A DNA stretch of 64,000 bases from Octopus vulgaris. Taxonomy: Eukaryota. The position numbers and the translations under genes are program-made. The notes below the pieces were generated by a model. It was not told the origin of the DNA. It saw only the letters and a program-made list of their open reading frames with translations, and made no database searches. The stretch is from the NCBI GenBank assembly GCA_951406725.2, contig OX597815.1, forward strand, positions 61,256,001 through 61,320,000, written 5' to 3'. Below, piece by piece: positions 40,860-53,192 of this stretch. The first letter of the stretch is position 1, and each line of letters begins with the position of its first letter.

Positions 40860-41376
40860 TATTTACCAAAATTACAAAAAGATATCTTGAAATATTAAAA
40901 TCACCATTGGCACAACCACGTCCTCCAGACGGCTTCGGTATGTCCTGCAACTCTTCTGGACGGTCTCCTTGTTTAAGTTGGTGGATGCTGCTACAATCTT
41001 TGCCTTCAGTTCATCTTTGGTGTTACGAGGATTTTTGTTGGTCTCTCGCTCAACTGCGCTCCACACATAATAATCAAGGGGGTTGAAGTCTGCACTGTCC
41101 TCAGCTTGACGCCCAAACAATCTGAAATGTTCGTATTGGAGCTTCCGGCGGGAACGCCAAGGAGTACAGCATGTCGTTTCCAAATTTCTGGCAGAGTGAA
41201 TTGGGTCATGTAGCTATTTTTCTCACAGACGGTGTTCAACAGACCCTCCTATAATGTGTAGTTGACAAAATCAAAAACAAACAATGCACATGCGCAAAAT
41301 TAAACATATAAACATATAAGACATATAAAACATATAAACATATAAAATGATAACAATTTACCCATCGCAACCTGTA
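40860..41376 (-). mobile_element. Tc1/mariner (maT/DD37D-like) deletion derivative
   Basis: DFNPLDYYVWSAVERETNK...RSRLEDVV transposase C-terminus; TA-CAGGTTGCG end near 41375. Confidence 0.75.
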
Positions 41377-41382
41377 TGTATG

Positions 41383-41426
<44 letters not shown>

Positions 41427-41542
41427 CATATATATATATACATACACACACACATATATATACACGTACATAAACACACACGTGGACTAGGAAATAACTT
41501 CCTTAATATTAATATTGATTATATATATATACATACATGCAT

Positions 41543-41577
<35 letters not shown>

Positions 41578-41672
41578 CATACATACACACACACACATAT
41601 ATATACACTACAAAAACACACACGCATCCACACAACGCACACATACAAACACATATACATAATGAATGTATG

Positions 41673-41747
<75 letters not shown>

Positions 41748-42049
41748 CGGGAAGGTTTACGAAAATAAACAAAAGACGAAGGCAGGTAGAGTACAAACAA
41801 ACAATTGTATTAGTATAGCGCTCAGGAATAGAAATAGAAAAAGTCTTTTACGTTTCGAGCCGACGCTCTGCGACAGAAAGATACACAGAAAAAAAAGGAG
41901 AGAAACAAGGAGAGAAAAAAATGCGTGTAGGAGCTAACGATCTATCATGGCGTCCTGACAGTGGTCAGACGCGAGAAGGACAGTAGGGGAGATAACAGGG
42001 TCAAGTGACTTCCAAAACGATGGTGCCCCCAACACAAAGGTGCGTGTGT

Positions 42050-42860
42050 GTATAAGAGAGTATGTATGTGCGTGTGAAAGAGGGCTGGTGGTCTGGACGT
42101 GTGTGTGTATGCATGTGTGGATGTGGAGATGTGGGGATGGGTGTGTGGGTAGTGTATTGTGATGTGATATGTGTAAGTATGTCTAAAGATGTGGGGATGG
42201 GTGTGTGGGTGGTGTGCTGTGGGTGGTGTGTTGTGATGTGATGTGTAATGTTGTATGGTGTAGTGTAGTTGGTGTGATGTTGTGGGGAGGTGTGGGGGCG
42301 AGAGTGGGGAAAGCACAGGTGGGGTGTGGGTTCGGATGGGGGTTGGGGATAGAGTGGGGGTTGTGGGTAGGTAGAGGGTGGGTTAGAGGTGAGGTATGTG
42401 GGGGAGGGGTATGGGATATGGGGGAGGTATGTGGGGGAGAGGTGTGTAGGTGGGTAGGGGAGGGGTGGGGCAGAGTGGGGAAAGGGGTGGGAAGGATAGG
42501 GAAGGTGGAGTACGGTGGGTGGGTTTATAGGGAGAGGGGAAGGGGGGTATATGAGGAGAGAGAGGAGGAGAGGGGGCGACGGAGGATGGGGGAGAGGGAG
42601 AGAAGGAGAGGGGAGGGAGAGGGAGAGGAGGATATAGAGGAGGAGGAGGGGAGGAGAGAGAGAGGAGAGGAGGAGGAGGAGGAGGAGGGAGAGGAGGAGG
42701 GGTGAGAGGCGGAGAGGAGGAGGAGGGAGACGGAGAGGGGAGAGAAGGGGAGTGAGCGAGCAGAGAGAAAGAGAGAAGGGGAAAAGGGAAGAAGAGAGAA
42801 GAGGGAGAAGAGGGAAGAAGGGGGAAGAAGGGAAAGAAGGGAAGAGAAGGGAAAGAGAGA
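42050..42860. repeat. Low-complexity GT-rich then GA-rich (G-run) tract
   Basis: Direct reading. Confidence 0.85.
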
Positions 42861-42904
42861 ATATATATATGTATGTATGTATGTTTATGTGTGTATGTTT
42901 ATAT

Positions 42905-43452
42905 CAGCTCACGTTCGAGTGCTACTGGTAACATGTAACCCAGTACATGTTGCATGGTCGGGTCGTCGGCGACTAAACCGGCAACCCCACCAAGCTTGAT
43001 TGGTGAGGAGGGTGTTTATTGGACACCCTGCGGGATGAAAAACAAATCCCGTCAAAGGGCGGAGGAACTCTTGAGAGTCAACGGCCATCCAATAAATGTC
43101 TTAAGGCTGTATCATGCGCGGGGACATAGAAATAATCGGACTGAATACCCGATCGCGCAGTTAAACCATTGGGAGTGAAGGACTCCTAGCCTTTGTTAGG
43201 GCATCCTTCTAGGAGAAGGTAACTCAGGTAACTGGGATAACCCCGACATAAAACCTGCGGCTTAGTGGTTACCGATGATGTTGACTTGTTCTTCTTTTCG
43301 TATTATGACTGCTGTTGCTTAGTGAGTGGGATTGACTCAGTGCACAGCCTTTCCTCACTTAAAAAAAAATCTTCTTGCACAGGCATTGCACGATAACAAC
43401 ATTGATTAAACTTCGTGCAATGGCCTTACTCGATAACGAGGGGGCAGCCACT
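42905..43452 (+). mobile_element. Non-coding RTE-derived element with (TATG)n tail
   Basis: AGGGCATCCTTCTAGGAGAAGGTAACTC resembles, from recall, a motif of RTE-clade 5' UTRs; no ORF; TATG repeats on both flanks. Confidence 0.45.
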
Positions 43453-43792
43453 ATGTATGTATGTATGTATGTATGTATGTATGTATGTATGTATGTATGT
43501 ATGTATGTATGTATGTATGTATGAATGCATGCATGTATGTATGTATGTATGTATACTGAAACCACTTTTTACCTATCTGTTGACAACTGAGCATGTGAAT
43601 TTATGAACTGGTCATCAAAATGCTTTGTAAAAATTTTTGATTTTTAATATGTTGTTCATCGCGTTTGCATTGCATATTGAATGCCTAAAACTACCTGCTT
43701 ATTCGTTTCTTTTAGCCACTGAAGTGGTTGTGAGGTGTGCTAAATATAACACTTAAGTGGCGTTTTTTAGATAAATCTTTTAAGTTCAAGCT

Positions 43793-44071
43793 TGTGGGAT
43801 GACGTCAGCAGCTGGGGAGCTGACCGGAAGTTGGGGCTGACTGGAAGGGGCAACCGGGACGCGCGCGCAGCGAGCGAGGATTTCTGCCTTTTTCAAGTCA
43901 GTTCGTCGAGGGGTTAAGACGGGTGATTCACGTTGTTAAGGTTGGGTGAAGCAGCTGCTATCTCTAGCGTTCGGGTCGGGCTGTGTCGAAGGATCCGTTA
44001 CCGTTGAAGGGTCTCCATCAGAGCGAAGAGAAGGTAGGTGCCTTTATTTCGAATCTCTCGCACACACCACA
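43793..44071 (+). repeat. 5' LTR
   Basis: TGTGGGATGACG...CACACCACA. Confidence 0.95.
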
Positions 44072-44106
44072 AGCTATTTCGGCGATCCATATAAGTCGTC
44101 GCCACG

Positions 44107-44871
44107 ATGGCAGCGAAAATCAGGATCACTAGCGACATCATTAGACCCTTTAATGGTGAAGGTGATGGAGCGGCCTGGATTCGTAAAATCAGGCTGGTGG
44201 CAAGACTACAAGGTATAAGCGATGTGGCAAGTCTTATGGCGCTGTATTTAGAAGGGAGCGCGTTGACGCTATATCTTGAGATGGACGAGGAGGAACACCT
44301 GAGCGAGGAAAAGATAGAGCAACGTCTGCGGGATGCCTACACAGAGTGTGAATACACAGCTTTTGCTAAACTGGGTACGATCAGATGGACGGGAGGACAG
44401 GTGGACGAGTACGCGGTGGAGGTTCGAAGGTTAGCGATGCTGGCCGGGTTTACAGGAGAAGGGCTGGAGAGAGCAGCGCGACTGGCGTTTGTAAATGGGT
44501 TCCCCGACGATGTAGGGATTCACCTACAACGATTGCCTGGGATTAAAAAGATGGCACTGAGCGAACTTGTGACTTAAGCCCGCGTGTTGACGCGACACTC
44601 AGGGCGGAAGGCGATAGCGATGGCGGTGACGGAGGTGCGTAAAGACGGACAACGACCGGAGAAAGACGTACAGAAGCCTACCATGCAACGACAGCGGCCG
44701 TTCTCAGGTCGGTGTTTTAGATGTCAGGGGTCGCACATGGCGCGGGACTGTACGCAACCGGGGCCCGTTTGCTATCGATGCAGGCAGACAGGGCACATCG
44801 CCTGTGATTGCGACCAGGGAAACGACCGCGGGGAAGTTGCTGCCTCTCGAACTTTCCCCGCAAACGAGTAG
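44107..44871 (+). pseudogene. gag: Gag with premature TAA at 44575-44577 and two zinc knuckles
   Basis: IRPFNGEGD..WI; CFRCQGSHMARDC; CYRCRQTGHIACDC. Confidence 0.88.
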
Positions 44872-44876
44872 AGGCG
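44817..44876 (+). promoter_or_regulatory. Predicted -1 ribosomal frameshift signal (G GGA AAC plus stem-loop/pseudoknot)
   Basis: Heptamer in the gag frame; pol in the -1 frame; GCGGGGAAGTT/AACTTTCCCCGC stem; loop GCCTCT pairs with AGAGGC. Confidence 0.8.
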
Positions 44877-47665
44877 CTATTGGAGACGCTGCCATTAATT
44901 GACGTGGAGGCCGAGGGGAAGACGTTCAAGGCCCTCGTGGATACGGGCTGTACGACCACCCTTGTGACTTCAAGGGTGACGAAGAAATGGAACGGGGCAA
45001 GTAGCGTCCGGGCGGTCGACGGCAGCGAAATCCGTTGCAGAGGCAGCAGCAAGGTAGAGATAGTGGTGCGCGGCGCGACGCTAAGGCTGCAGGTAATTGT
45101 GGCTGAACGCGTGATAGATGGGGTTGATGTGGTGATGGGGATGGACGCCATCAACCGCCTCGGTGGCGTCAGTGTTTTGGGAAATGAGGTCACGTTCGGA
45201 AGCGTGGGGGCATCGTGCACTACGAGTCAGGATCGCCAGAGAGAGCAAAGCCCCGCGAGGGACTGCGCCGCTTACACCATCGAGGACAAAGACTTTTAGG
45301 CGGCGTTCGATGGTCAGCGGTGGACGATAGAGTGGCGATGGAAGGACGAGCCCCCGATGCTGAAAAACAGAGTGAGCTGTTACCAGCATACCCTGAAAGG
45401 CCACGCCAGGGTTGAGTTTGAAGACGAGGTGGAGAGGTGGATCGAGGAAGGGGTCCTTGTCCCTTGGAAGGAGGAGGTAGCGGGCGGAGTGCTACCCCTG
45501 ATGGCGGTGGTGCAGCCTACGAAGGGAAAAGTCAGACCGGTGCTGGACTTCAGGGAGCTAAACCAGCATATATCGTGTCACACGGGAGGTGAGGCGACAG
45601 ACGTTTGTGGCGAGACGTTACGTGCGTGGAGACAGTCGACCGAGGCAGCGACGATTGTCGACTTGAAATCGGCATACTTGCAGCTCCATGTGAGCGACAA
45701 ACTGTGGCGATATCAGCTGGTGCGGTACAAAGGTCGGACGTACTGTTTAACCAGGCTGGGTTTCGGGCTGAATTCCGCTCCGAAGATCATGGCGGCAGTG
45801 CTTAAGTCCGTCCTAGGGAAAGACGGCAAGATTAGAAAGGCCACCAGCTCCTACATTGACGACATTTTGGTGGACGAAACTGTAGTGCCAGCCAACGAGG
45901 TAGTTAGACATCTGGAGAAGTTCGGACTGATTGCGAAGCCACCGGAGTCGATGGAAGGGGGAGCCGCGCTGGGGCTGAAGCTGCGAAGAGATAGATCGGG
46001 TGAATTGGTGTTCCGGAGAGGGAATGAAATCCCAGAGCTGAGTTCCAGCGTCAGCAGGAGAGAGCTGTTCTCGGTGTGTGGGAAGTTGGTCGGTCACTAC
46101 CCGATCGCTGGATGGCTGCGAACGGCGTGCAGTTACACCAAGAGATGAGCGGAGGGTGAGAGTTGGGGCGACAAGGTGGGAGAAGGGATGGTGGCGATGA
46201 TGCAGGAAATCCTAGAGAGGACGAGAGCGGAAGACCCGGTCAGGGGGAACTGGTACGTGCCCAAGACGGAATGAGGGACCGTCTGGTGTGATGCTAGCAG
46301 TATAGTGATAGGGGTTGTGTTGGCAATCGAAGGCGCTGTGGTGGAGGACGTGGCCTGGCTTCGGAAAGCAGATGACTTCAACCACATCAATGTCGCCGAA
46401 TTAGACGCGGTGCTGAAAGGGGTGAACTTGGCCCTGAAATGGGGGCTGCGCACAATTGAAATCCGAACGGATTCGGCCACTATGCTTGGCTGGGTAGGAT
46501 CGGTGATCACCGGTGAAAGGAGAGTGCGGACGAAAGGTGCCGCGGAGATGTCCTGAAGCGCCGTCTAGGAGTTCTAGGTGAATTGATCGCCGAGTTCGGA
46601 CTGAAGCTGAATGTGGTTTTCGTGCCTTGGAGAGAAAAACAGGGCGGACGCACTGACCAGGGTGAAAAGAGCGTGGTTGGAAGAACCGGAGGAGGCCCGG
46701 AAAGGGATAGCTGCGGTGTGTCGGTTGGATGACTCTGAACTGAAGAGACTGCATGCTATGCATCACCTGAGTGTGGACAGGACCCTGTATCTGGCGAAGA
46801 AAATTGATGCTGACGTCACTAGGAGAAGCATCGGGAAAGTGGTCGGGAGCTGCGACAGGTGTCAGTCTATCGACCCTGCTCCGTGTGGGCATGAACAGGG
46901 AAGCCTGTCGGTGGAGCACAACTGGAAAAGGCTAGCTGTGGATGTGACGCACTACCGTCAGGGAATGTATATCTCCATGGTCGACTGCGGGCCGGGCCGG
47001 CTGGCCATTTGGAGGGAGTTGAGAACGGGCACTGCTGACGAGATCGCGCAGATCTTGAACGAGATATTTTTAGAGAGAGGTCCCGTGGAAGAACTGCTGA
47101 TGGACAATGGGGCGGCGTTTCGTTCGGAAGCATTGAGGGTTATGCTTCATCGGTGGAAGGTGCATCGCTTGTTCAGAGCAGCGTATATGCCGAGCGGTAA
47201 CGGGATCGTAGAGAGGCACCATTTAACAGTGAAGGCCATAGCGGAAAGAGGGCACATTTCGCCGCTTGAAGCAGTTTTTTGGTACAACTTGTCCCCCGAT
47301 CCGGACAAGCTGAGGAATCTGTGCCGCAGAGAGCTGTATTTAAATATGAATGGAGGCACCCGAGCAAAGCCCCGGAGGGGCACGAGGAAGAGAAGGGACC
47401 CGTTTGCATGAAAATAGGGGAGGAAGTCTTGGTTAAACCACCAAAAGCGCGCTGTACGTCTCAATGGAGCAGAGGAACGGTGACGGCGGTCAATTCCAGA
47501 AACGTCTCCGTAGATGGAATGCCGCGACACGTCTTGGACCTTCGCAGGATTGTCGCTTCGACGGACAACGATTGTGGAAAGGAGGAGAACGAGGTGCCCA
47601 GCTTGAGAAGATCTCGACGCGCAAGGCACCCTCCCAGTTGGATGGTGGACTACGACATGGAGTAG
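44820..47665 (+). pseudogene. pol: Pol (protease, RT, RNase H, integrase) with several stops and frameshifts
   Basis: ALVDTGC, RPVLDFRELN, VDLKSAYLQ, YIDDILV, WCDAS, AELDA, H..HH..CDRC, LMDNG, NGIVERHH. Confidence 0.93.
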
Positions 47666-47696
47666 AGGGATTGTGATCTTTAAGATCAGGGTGGCG

Positions 47697-47975
47697 TGTG
47701 GGATGACGTCAGCAGCTGAGGAGTTGACCGGAAGTTGGGGCTGACCGGAAGGGGCAGCCGGGACGCGCGCGCAGCGAGCGGGGATTTCTGCCTTTTTCAA
47801 GTCAGTTAGTCGAAGGGTTAAGACGGGCGATTCACGTTGTTAAGGTTGGGTGAAGCAGCTGCTATCTCTAGCGTTCGGGTCGGGCTGTGTCGAAGGATCC
47901 GTTACCGCTGAAGGGTCTCCATCAGAGCGAAGAGAAGGTAGGTGCCTTTATTTCGAATCTCTCGCACACACTACA
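47697..47975 (+). repeat. 3' LTR
   Basis: About 10 substitutions relative to the 5' LTR, counted by eye. Confidence 0.95.
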
Positions 47976-48274
47976 GAGCTATTGCATTAAATGCATATTG
48001 AATGCTTCAAACTACAAAACACGTGTTGTTTATAAATATTGACAACACGTGATATTTTCAGGATGTTGTCGACAAAATGTGCTATCACGCACAAAATAAC
48101 AGCTTCCAAATCCTGTTTCCTGACTCGGTGCTATAATTTGTTAAGAACATTTTTCTGGAAAATGTGAAGTAACTCCAGCAATTGAGCTTGAGAAAGTATA
48201 TTATTGTACCAAATTTTAAAGTCTCAGATGAACTTTAATTTTTGAAATGCAGGCAGCTAAACCAACTAGATCCC

Positions 48275-48322
<48 letters not shown>

Positions 48323-49149
48323 AATCCAAACGGGAAAACAAAAAAACAACAACAATGGAACAATTACAGTATTATTATTAATAGGCGCTCAGGAAATGGA
48401 AGCAGGAAGGTATGACGTTTCGAGCGGAGCTCTTCGTCGGAAACATAAAGAAGGAAGAGAGAGGAAAGAAAGATCCCAAAGCGGGCAACAGGAGATATAT
48501 ATACATAAATGTATATGTGCGTACGTGTGTGTTGTGTGTTTGTGAGCGTGTATGTGTGTGCGTGTGCGTGCGTGTGTGTGAGCATGCGTGCGCGAGTGTG
48601 CGTGCGTGCGTATGTATGAGTGCGTATGTGTGCGTGTGCGTGCGTGTGTGTGTGCGTGCGTGTGCGTGCGCGCGCGCGCGTGTGTGTGTGTGTGCGTGTG
48701 TGTGTGTGCGTGCGTGTGTGTGTTCGTTCGAAAGTGGACGTCATCTCCGTCATCGAAGTTTTGTTGTTGAAAATATTGAGGTTTGGTGGCGGGTGAGAAG
48801 GCAGCATGTGTGGCTAGTATGAGTTGAGAAGAAAAGAGAAAGAAAAGAAGAGACAAAGAGAAACAGAGAAGGAAAGAGAGAGAGAGAAAGTGGGAGAGAG
48901 GTAGAAAAGAAACATATGCTTGTATGTGTGTGTGTGTGTGCACGTGCGTGGAGGGAGGGGTCAGAGTGTAAGAACAAACGAAAGTGACAATAAAATAGTT
49001 ATAAACGAGTGTATTTAAAAAATTGCTGTAAATGTTAAAACAGCACATAAATAAAGCGAAAACATAGTTGAACAGTTCGCCAGTTTCAATGGCCTCGGAT
49101 GTGTGTGTGTGTGTGTGTGTGTGCGTGTGCGTGTGTGTGTGTGAATACA

Positions 49150-49181
<32 letters not shown>

Positions 49182-49281
49182 CATACATACATATACATAC
49201 ATACATATACATATATATATAAATACATACACACGCACATACATATATATATTCACACATACATATACACATACACACACG

Positions 49282-49328
<47 letters not shown>

Positions 49329-49803
49329 ATATATGGGTATGTATATATGAGGGTGTGAGTGTGCATATATATATTTATACATATAGTATATACATAAATA
49401 TACATTTAACTATACTGAAATATTTCTACATGCTTCACACATACGTTCCTAAGTATACATGTGTGTGTGTCTGTGTGTGTATGTGAATATATCTATCTAC
49501 CTATCTATCTTTCTCTCTCTCTCTCTTTCTCTCTCTCTCTTTCTCTCTCTCTCTCTATATATATATATCCACCAATGAGGTGTTGAGCACTCATCTTCAC
49601 TGTTCAACATTTACGCACACATTCTCACACACATATATGTAAATATATATACACACATATATATACATAACTTAGACATATAGTTTGGATTGAATATTCT
49701 GGATTCTAAAATTGATTTTGTTCGTGCTACGTGGATGCATTAAGTAATATCTAGATTATGTTTCTATGATTAATATACTCATACGAAAATATTTTGTTTG
49801 TGC

Positions 49804-49855
<52 letters not shown>

Positions 49856-50122
49856 ATTTATACTTCATACCTTGTTTCATGAATTTTTGTTACGTTGTTT
49901 AGTACTATCGTTAAAACAATAATACTGTTGGTACTGTTAAATGTGGTAGTATATATACATTACAATGCATTTACTTGACTATACGACGCACGATATACCC
50001 AGTGTAATGTAATATATTAATGTTCAATGTTGTTCTTTATGTATGTATATGTATGCATATTTGTATATTTTTTTATACGTATATATATATATATATATTC
50101 ATATATATATATACATATAGAT

Positions 50123-50164
<42 letters not shown>

Positions 50165-50167
<3 letters not shown>

Positions 50168-50395
50168 GAGGCGCAATGGCCCAGTAGTTAGGGCAGCGAA
50201 CTCGCGATCGTAGGATCGCGGTTTCGATTCCCAGGCCGGGCGTTGTGAGTGTTTATTGAGCGAAAACACCTACAAAGCTCCACGAGGCTCCGGCAGGGGG
50301 TGGTGATCCCTGTTGTACTATTTCAACACTCTTTCTCCCACTCTTTCTTCTGTTGTAACAACATCTGATGGTCTGGTCGGTCACGTGATCACGTG
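50165..50395 (+). mobile_element. tRNA-derived SINE (family 3)
   Basis: TGGCCCAGTAG (A box) and GTTTCGATTCC (B box); bounded by (TA)n. Confidence 0.75.
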
Positions 50396-50766
50396 ATATA
50401 TATATATATACTTATAAAATAAGGGCAAAAATAAAAATTATAAAATAAGGGCAAAAGAAAAATTCTAATGCCAAATATGCCGACAATTTTTTTCGAAAAA
50501 AAAATTATTATTCTACATTAGTTAGATATATATATATTTTTTTTTCGTTGTCTAAGGAAAATGTCCAGTTCCTTGGTTTTGTGTTTATGTTTTCGTTTCT
50601 CATTGTGTTCAAAGTTTTTTTGGTGTCCTGTATCCAAATATGCATGTATATATACATGTAGATGTAGGTACGTACATATATGTATGTATATATGCATATG
50701 TTTTATTTATTAATTTGTTATTACACGACAGAACGCACGCATCCATTTCTAAGTAAGTTTGTTCTT

Positions 50767-50799
<33 letters not shown>

Positions 50800-50898
50800 T
50801 TTGGATATTTGTTTTATTATTTATTTGTATATATTGGATAATAAGTGCAGCATGTTTTGTATATCAATATTATTATTATACTTTTCAAGTTAATTATA

Positions 50899-51030
50899 TC
50901 CTCTGACGAGGCCTATGGTTCTTTTAACATACAAGTATAATTTTTAATGTCTAAAACCATGATATACTGACATCTATAGGCAATATAAGTTGAATTGTCC
51001 CTTGACCATAAGCTGAAACAGCTGTAAGGA
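50899..51030 (+). ncRNA. Minimal type I hammerhead ribozyme with a large loop II
   Basis: TCCT/AGGA stem I; CTGACGA; GGCCTATGGTT/GACCATAAGCT stem II; GAAAC; palindromic ACAGCTGT; GTA triplet. Confidence 0.68.
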
Positions 51031-51223
51031 GTAGTTTATGAATTTCAATAATTTATAATATGACTATTAAAATATGTATTTGTATTATTTTTATTATTAT
51101 ATTACATATTGATTTATATAATTTTTTGTTTGATTTTGATGTTCCAATTTCTATAATTAATAAATAATTTAAAATTTTAATAACCGTAAGTTGATGAACG
51201 AGATGAATTTGTTTCTCCATTTT

Positions 51224-51322
<99 letters not shown>

Positions 51323-51339
51323 GTGTGTAATATAAATAA

Positions 51340-52660
51340 TATATATATGCATATACACATACGTATATGTACATACCCACATATATACGTATATACATAT
51401 GCATATGTGGGCACAGAACGTAATCAACATAAAATGCGAAAACATGAAACACGAAATGCGAATACATGGAATACGAACTTTTTTGCGAACAACGAAAGAA
51501 ACGAATGGAAAGCAAGACAAGCAACGCAAAGAACAACCCTTCATCAGTCGTCAGCTGTTTTTCTGATCCGTATTTCGAGCAATTTACTAAAAGATGCGCC
51601 TTCGAAAACAAGCTCCCGCAAACGAATTAAATAAAATTTAAGATTTTGCGCAGGGTCAAAATTGGTAACAAAAACAGGACAGTGAAGACAAACAGCAAAG
51701 GGTGCTAAGCCTAAACGAGGTGAGGTGGCAAACGCAGGTAAAGTACGCTTGGACAGGAGACAGACAAAATGCGTCTGATTCCTCCAGTTGAATCAGAAGG
51801 AAAGAAACAAAAGAATAGAACAGCAGTGTCGCATCAGAATTATTAAGATAAAACTCACTTGGAAATGGATGCATAGCGTTTAATCATATGATAATATAGA
51901 TAATATATATATATATGCGTATATACATACGTATATGTACATACTTACATATATACGTATATACATATGCATATGTGGACACCGGACGTCACAGAACGTA
52001 AACAACATAAGATGCAAAAACATGAAATACGAAATGCGAATACATGGAATATGAACTTTTTTTGCGAACAACGAAAGAAACAAATGGAAAACAAGACAAA
52101 CAACATAAAGAACGACCCCTCATCAGTTGTTGGCTGTTTTTCTAATCCGTATTTCGAGCAATTCACGACAAGATACACCTTCGAAAACAAGCATGGGGGT
52201 GGTTAGACCAGAACGAGAGGAAAATAGTGAACGCTGGGAGAAATATATTCTTTGAAAGGAGAAAAGATAGAAGAGAGAGAAAAACGTCCAGTTCTTTCAA
52301 CGTCTGAACAGAAAAAGAAAGATGGTCACGTGAGGAGTAGAAAGATACGATGGACAATATATTGCAGGAAAAGAAAGATGGTCGCGTAAGGAGAAGAAAG
52401 ATGGACGATATATATTGAATCTTTCTTCTCCTCACGTGATCATCTTTCTTTTCCTGTATGATGTTCAAAAGACTGGACGTTTTTTTTTCTCTCTTCTATC
52501 TTTTCTCCTTTCAAAGAATATATTTCTCCCAGCATTCACTATTTTCCTCTCGTTCTGGTCTAACGACCCCCCATGCTTGTTTTCGGTCGGTTTCCTTGTA
52601 TGTCTCCACTGTCCAGTTTTTGTTCCCAACGTTAACCCTCCATAAATCCTAAATTTTATT
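51340..52660. repeat. Non-coding repeat with direct duplication (about 51340-51610 and 51915-52190) followed by inverted segments (52183-52300 vs 52470-52585)
   Basis: Direct comparison. Confidence 0.7.
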
Positions 52661-52735
52661 TTAGAATTTATGGGAGCAACTGTCTTTGAAGACTCATATT
52701 GTCGTTGAATGCTCGAAATGAGGAGTAGATAGATA

Positions 52736-52945
52736 TATTTCTTTATTGCCCACAAGGGGCTAAACACAGAGGGGACAAACAAGGACAGACAAAGGGATGA
52801 AGTCGATTACATCGACTCCAGTGCGAAACTGGTACTTTATTTATCGACCCCGAAAGGATGAAAGGCAAAGTCGACCTCGGCGGAATTTGAACTCAGAACG
52901 TAGAGACAGACGAAATACCGCTTAGATTTTGCTCGGCGTGCTAGA
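52736..52945 (-). mobile_element. SINE family 1 with Tx1-LINE-like 3' tail
   Basis: Minus-strand tail TTTGTCCCCTCTGTGTTTAGCCCCTTGTGGGCAATAAAGAAA matches the LINE end at 56161-56202. Confidence 0.88.
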
Positions 52946-53157
52946 CAGCCGACAACTGATGAAGGGTCGTTTCTCTGTGTTTACCATTTTCCCTCTCGTT
53001 GTTTACGTATTTAACTCGCTTCTTTACGTATTTCATGTTGTTTACACATTTTTTCCATCTTTAATGCATTTTTTTGCTATTTTTTGGCTATAACTTTCTA
53101 AAAATGCTTATATAGTTATTTCCCTTACAAACCCGAGCAACGCCGGGCGATACTGCT

Positions 53158-53192
<35 letters not shown>

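Larger units (their letters stand above)
43793..47975 (+). mobile_element. Full-length Ty3/Gypsy LTR retrotransposon (4183 bp), disabled
   Basis: 279-bp LTRs (TG...CA) at 43793-44071 and 47697-47975; flanks AAGCT/GAGCT; order gag-PR-RT-RH-IN; purine tract before the 3' LTR. Confidence 0.96.

Noticed and set aside
50165-50245. Possible tRNA gene
   Set aside because: A and B boxes are present, but there is no convincing acceptor stem and the sequence continues as a SINE body
51530-51585. CTGATGA and GAAA on the minus strand as a hammerhead
   Set aside because: Order is permuted and I could not close stem II, so it is not called a ribozyme
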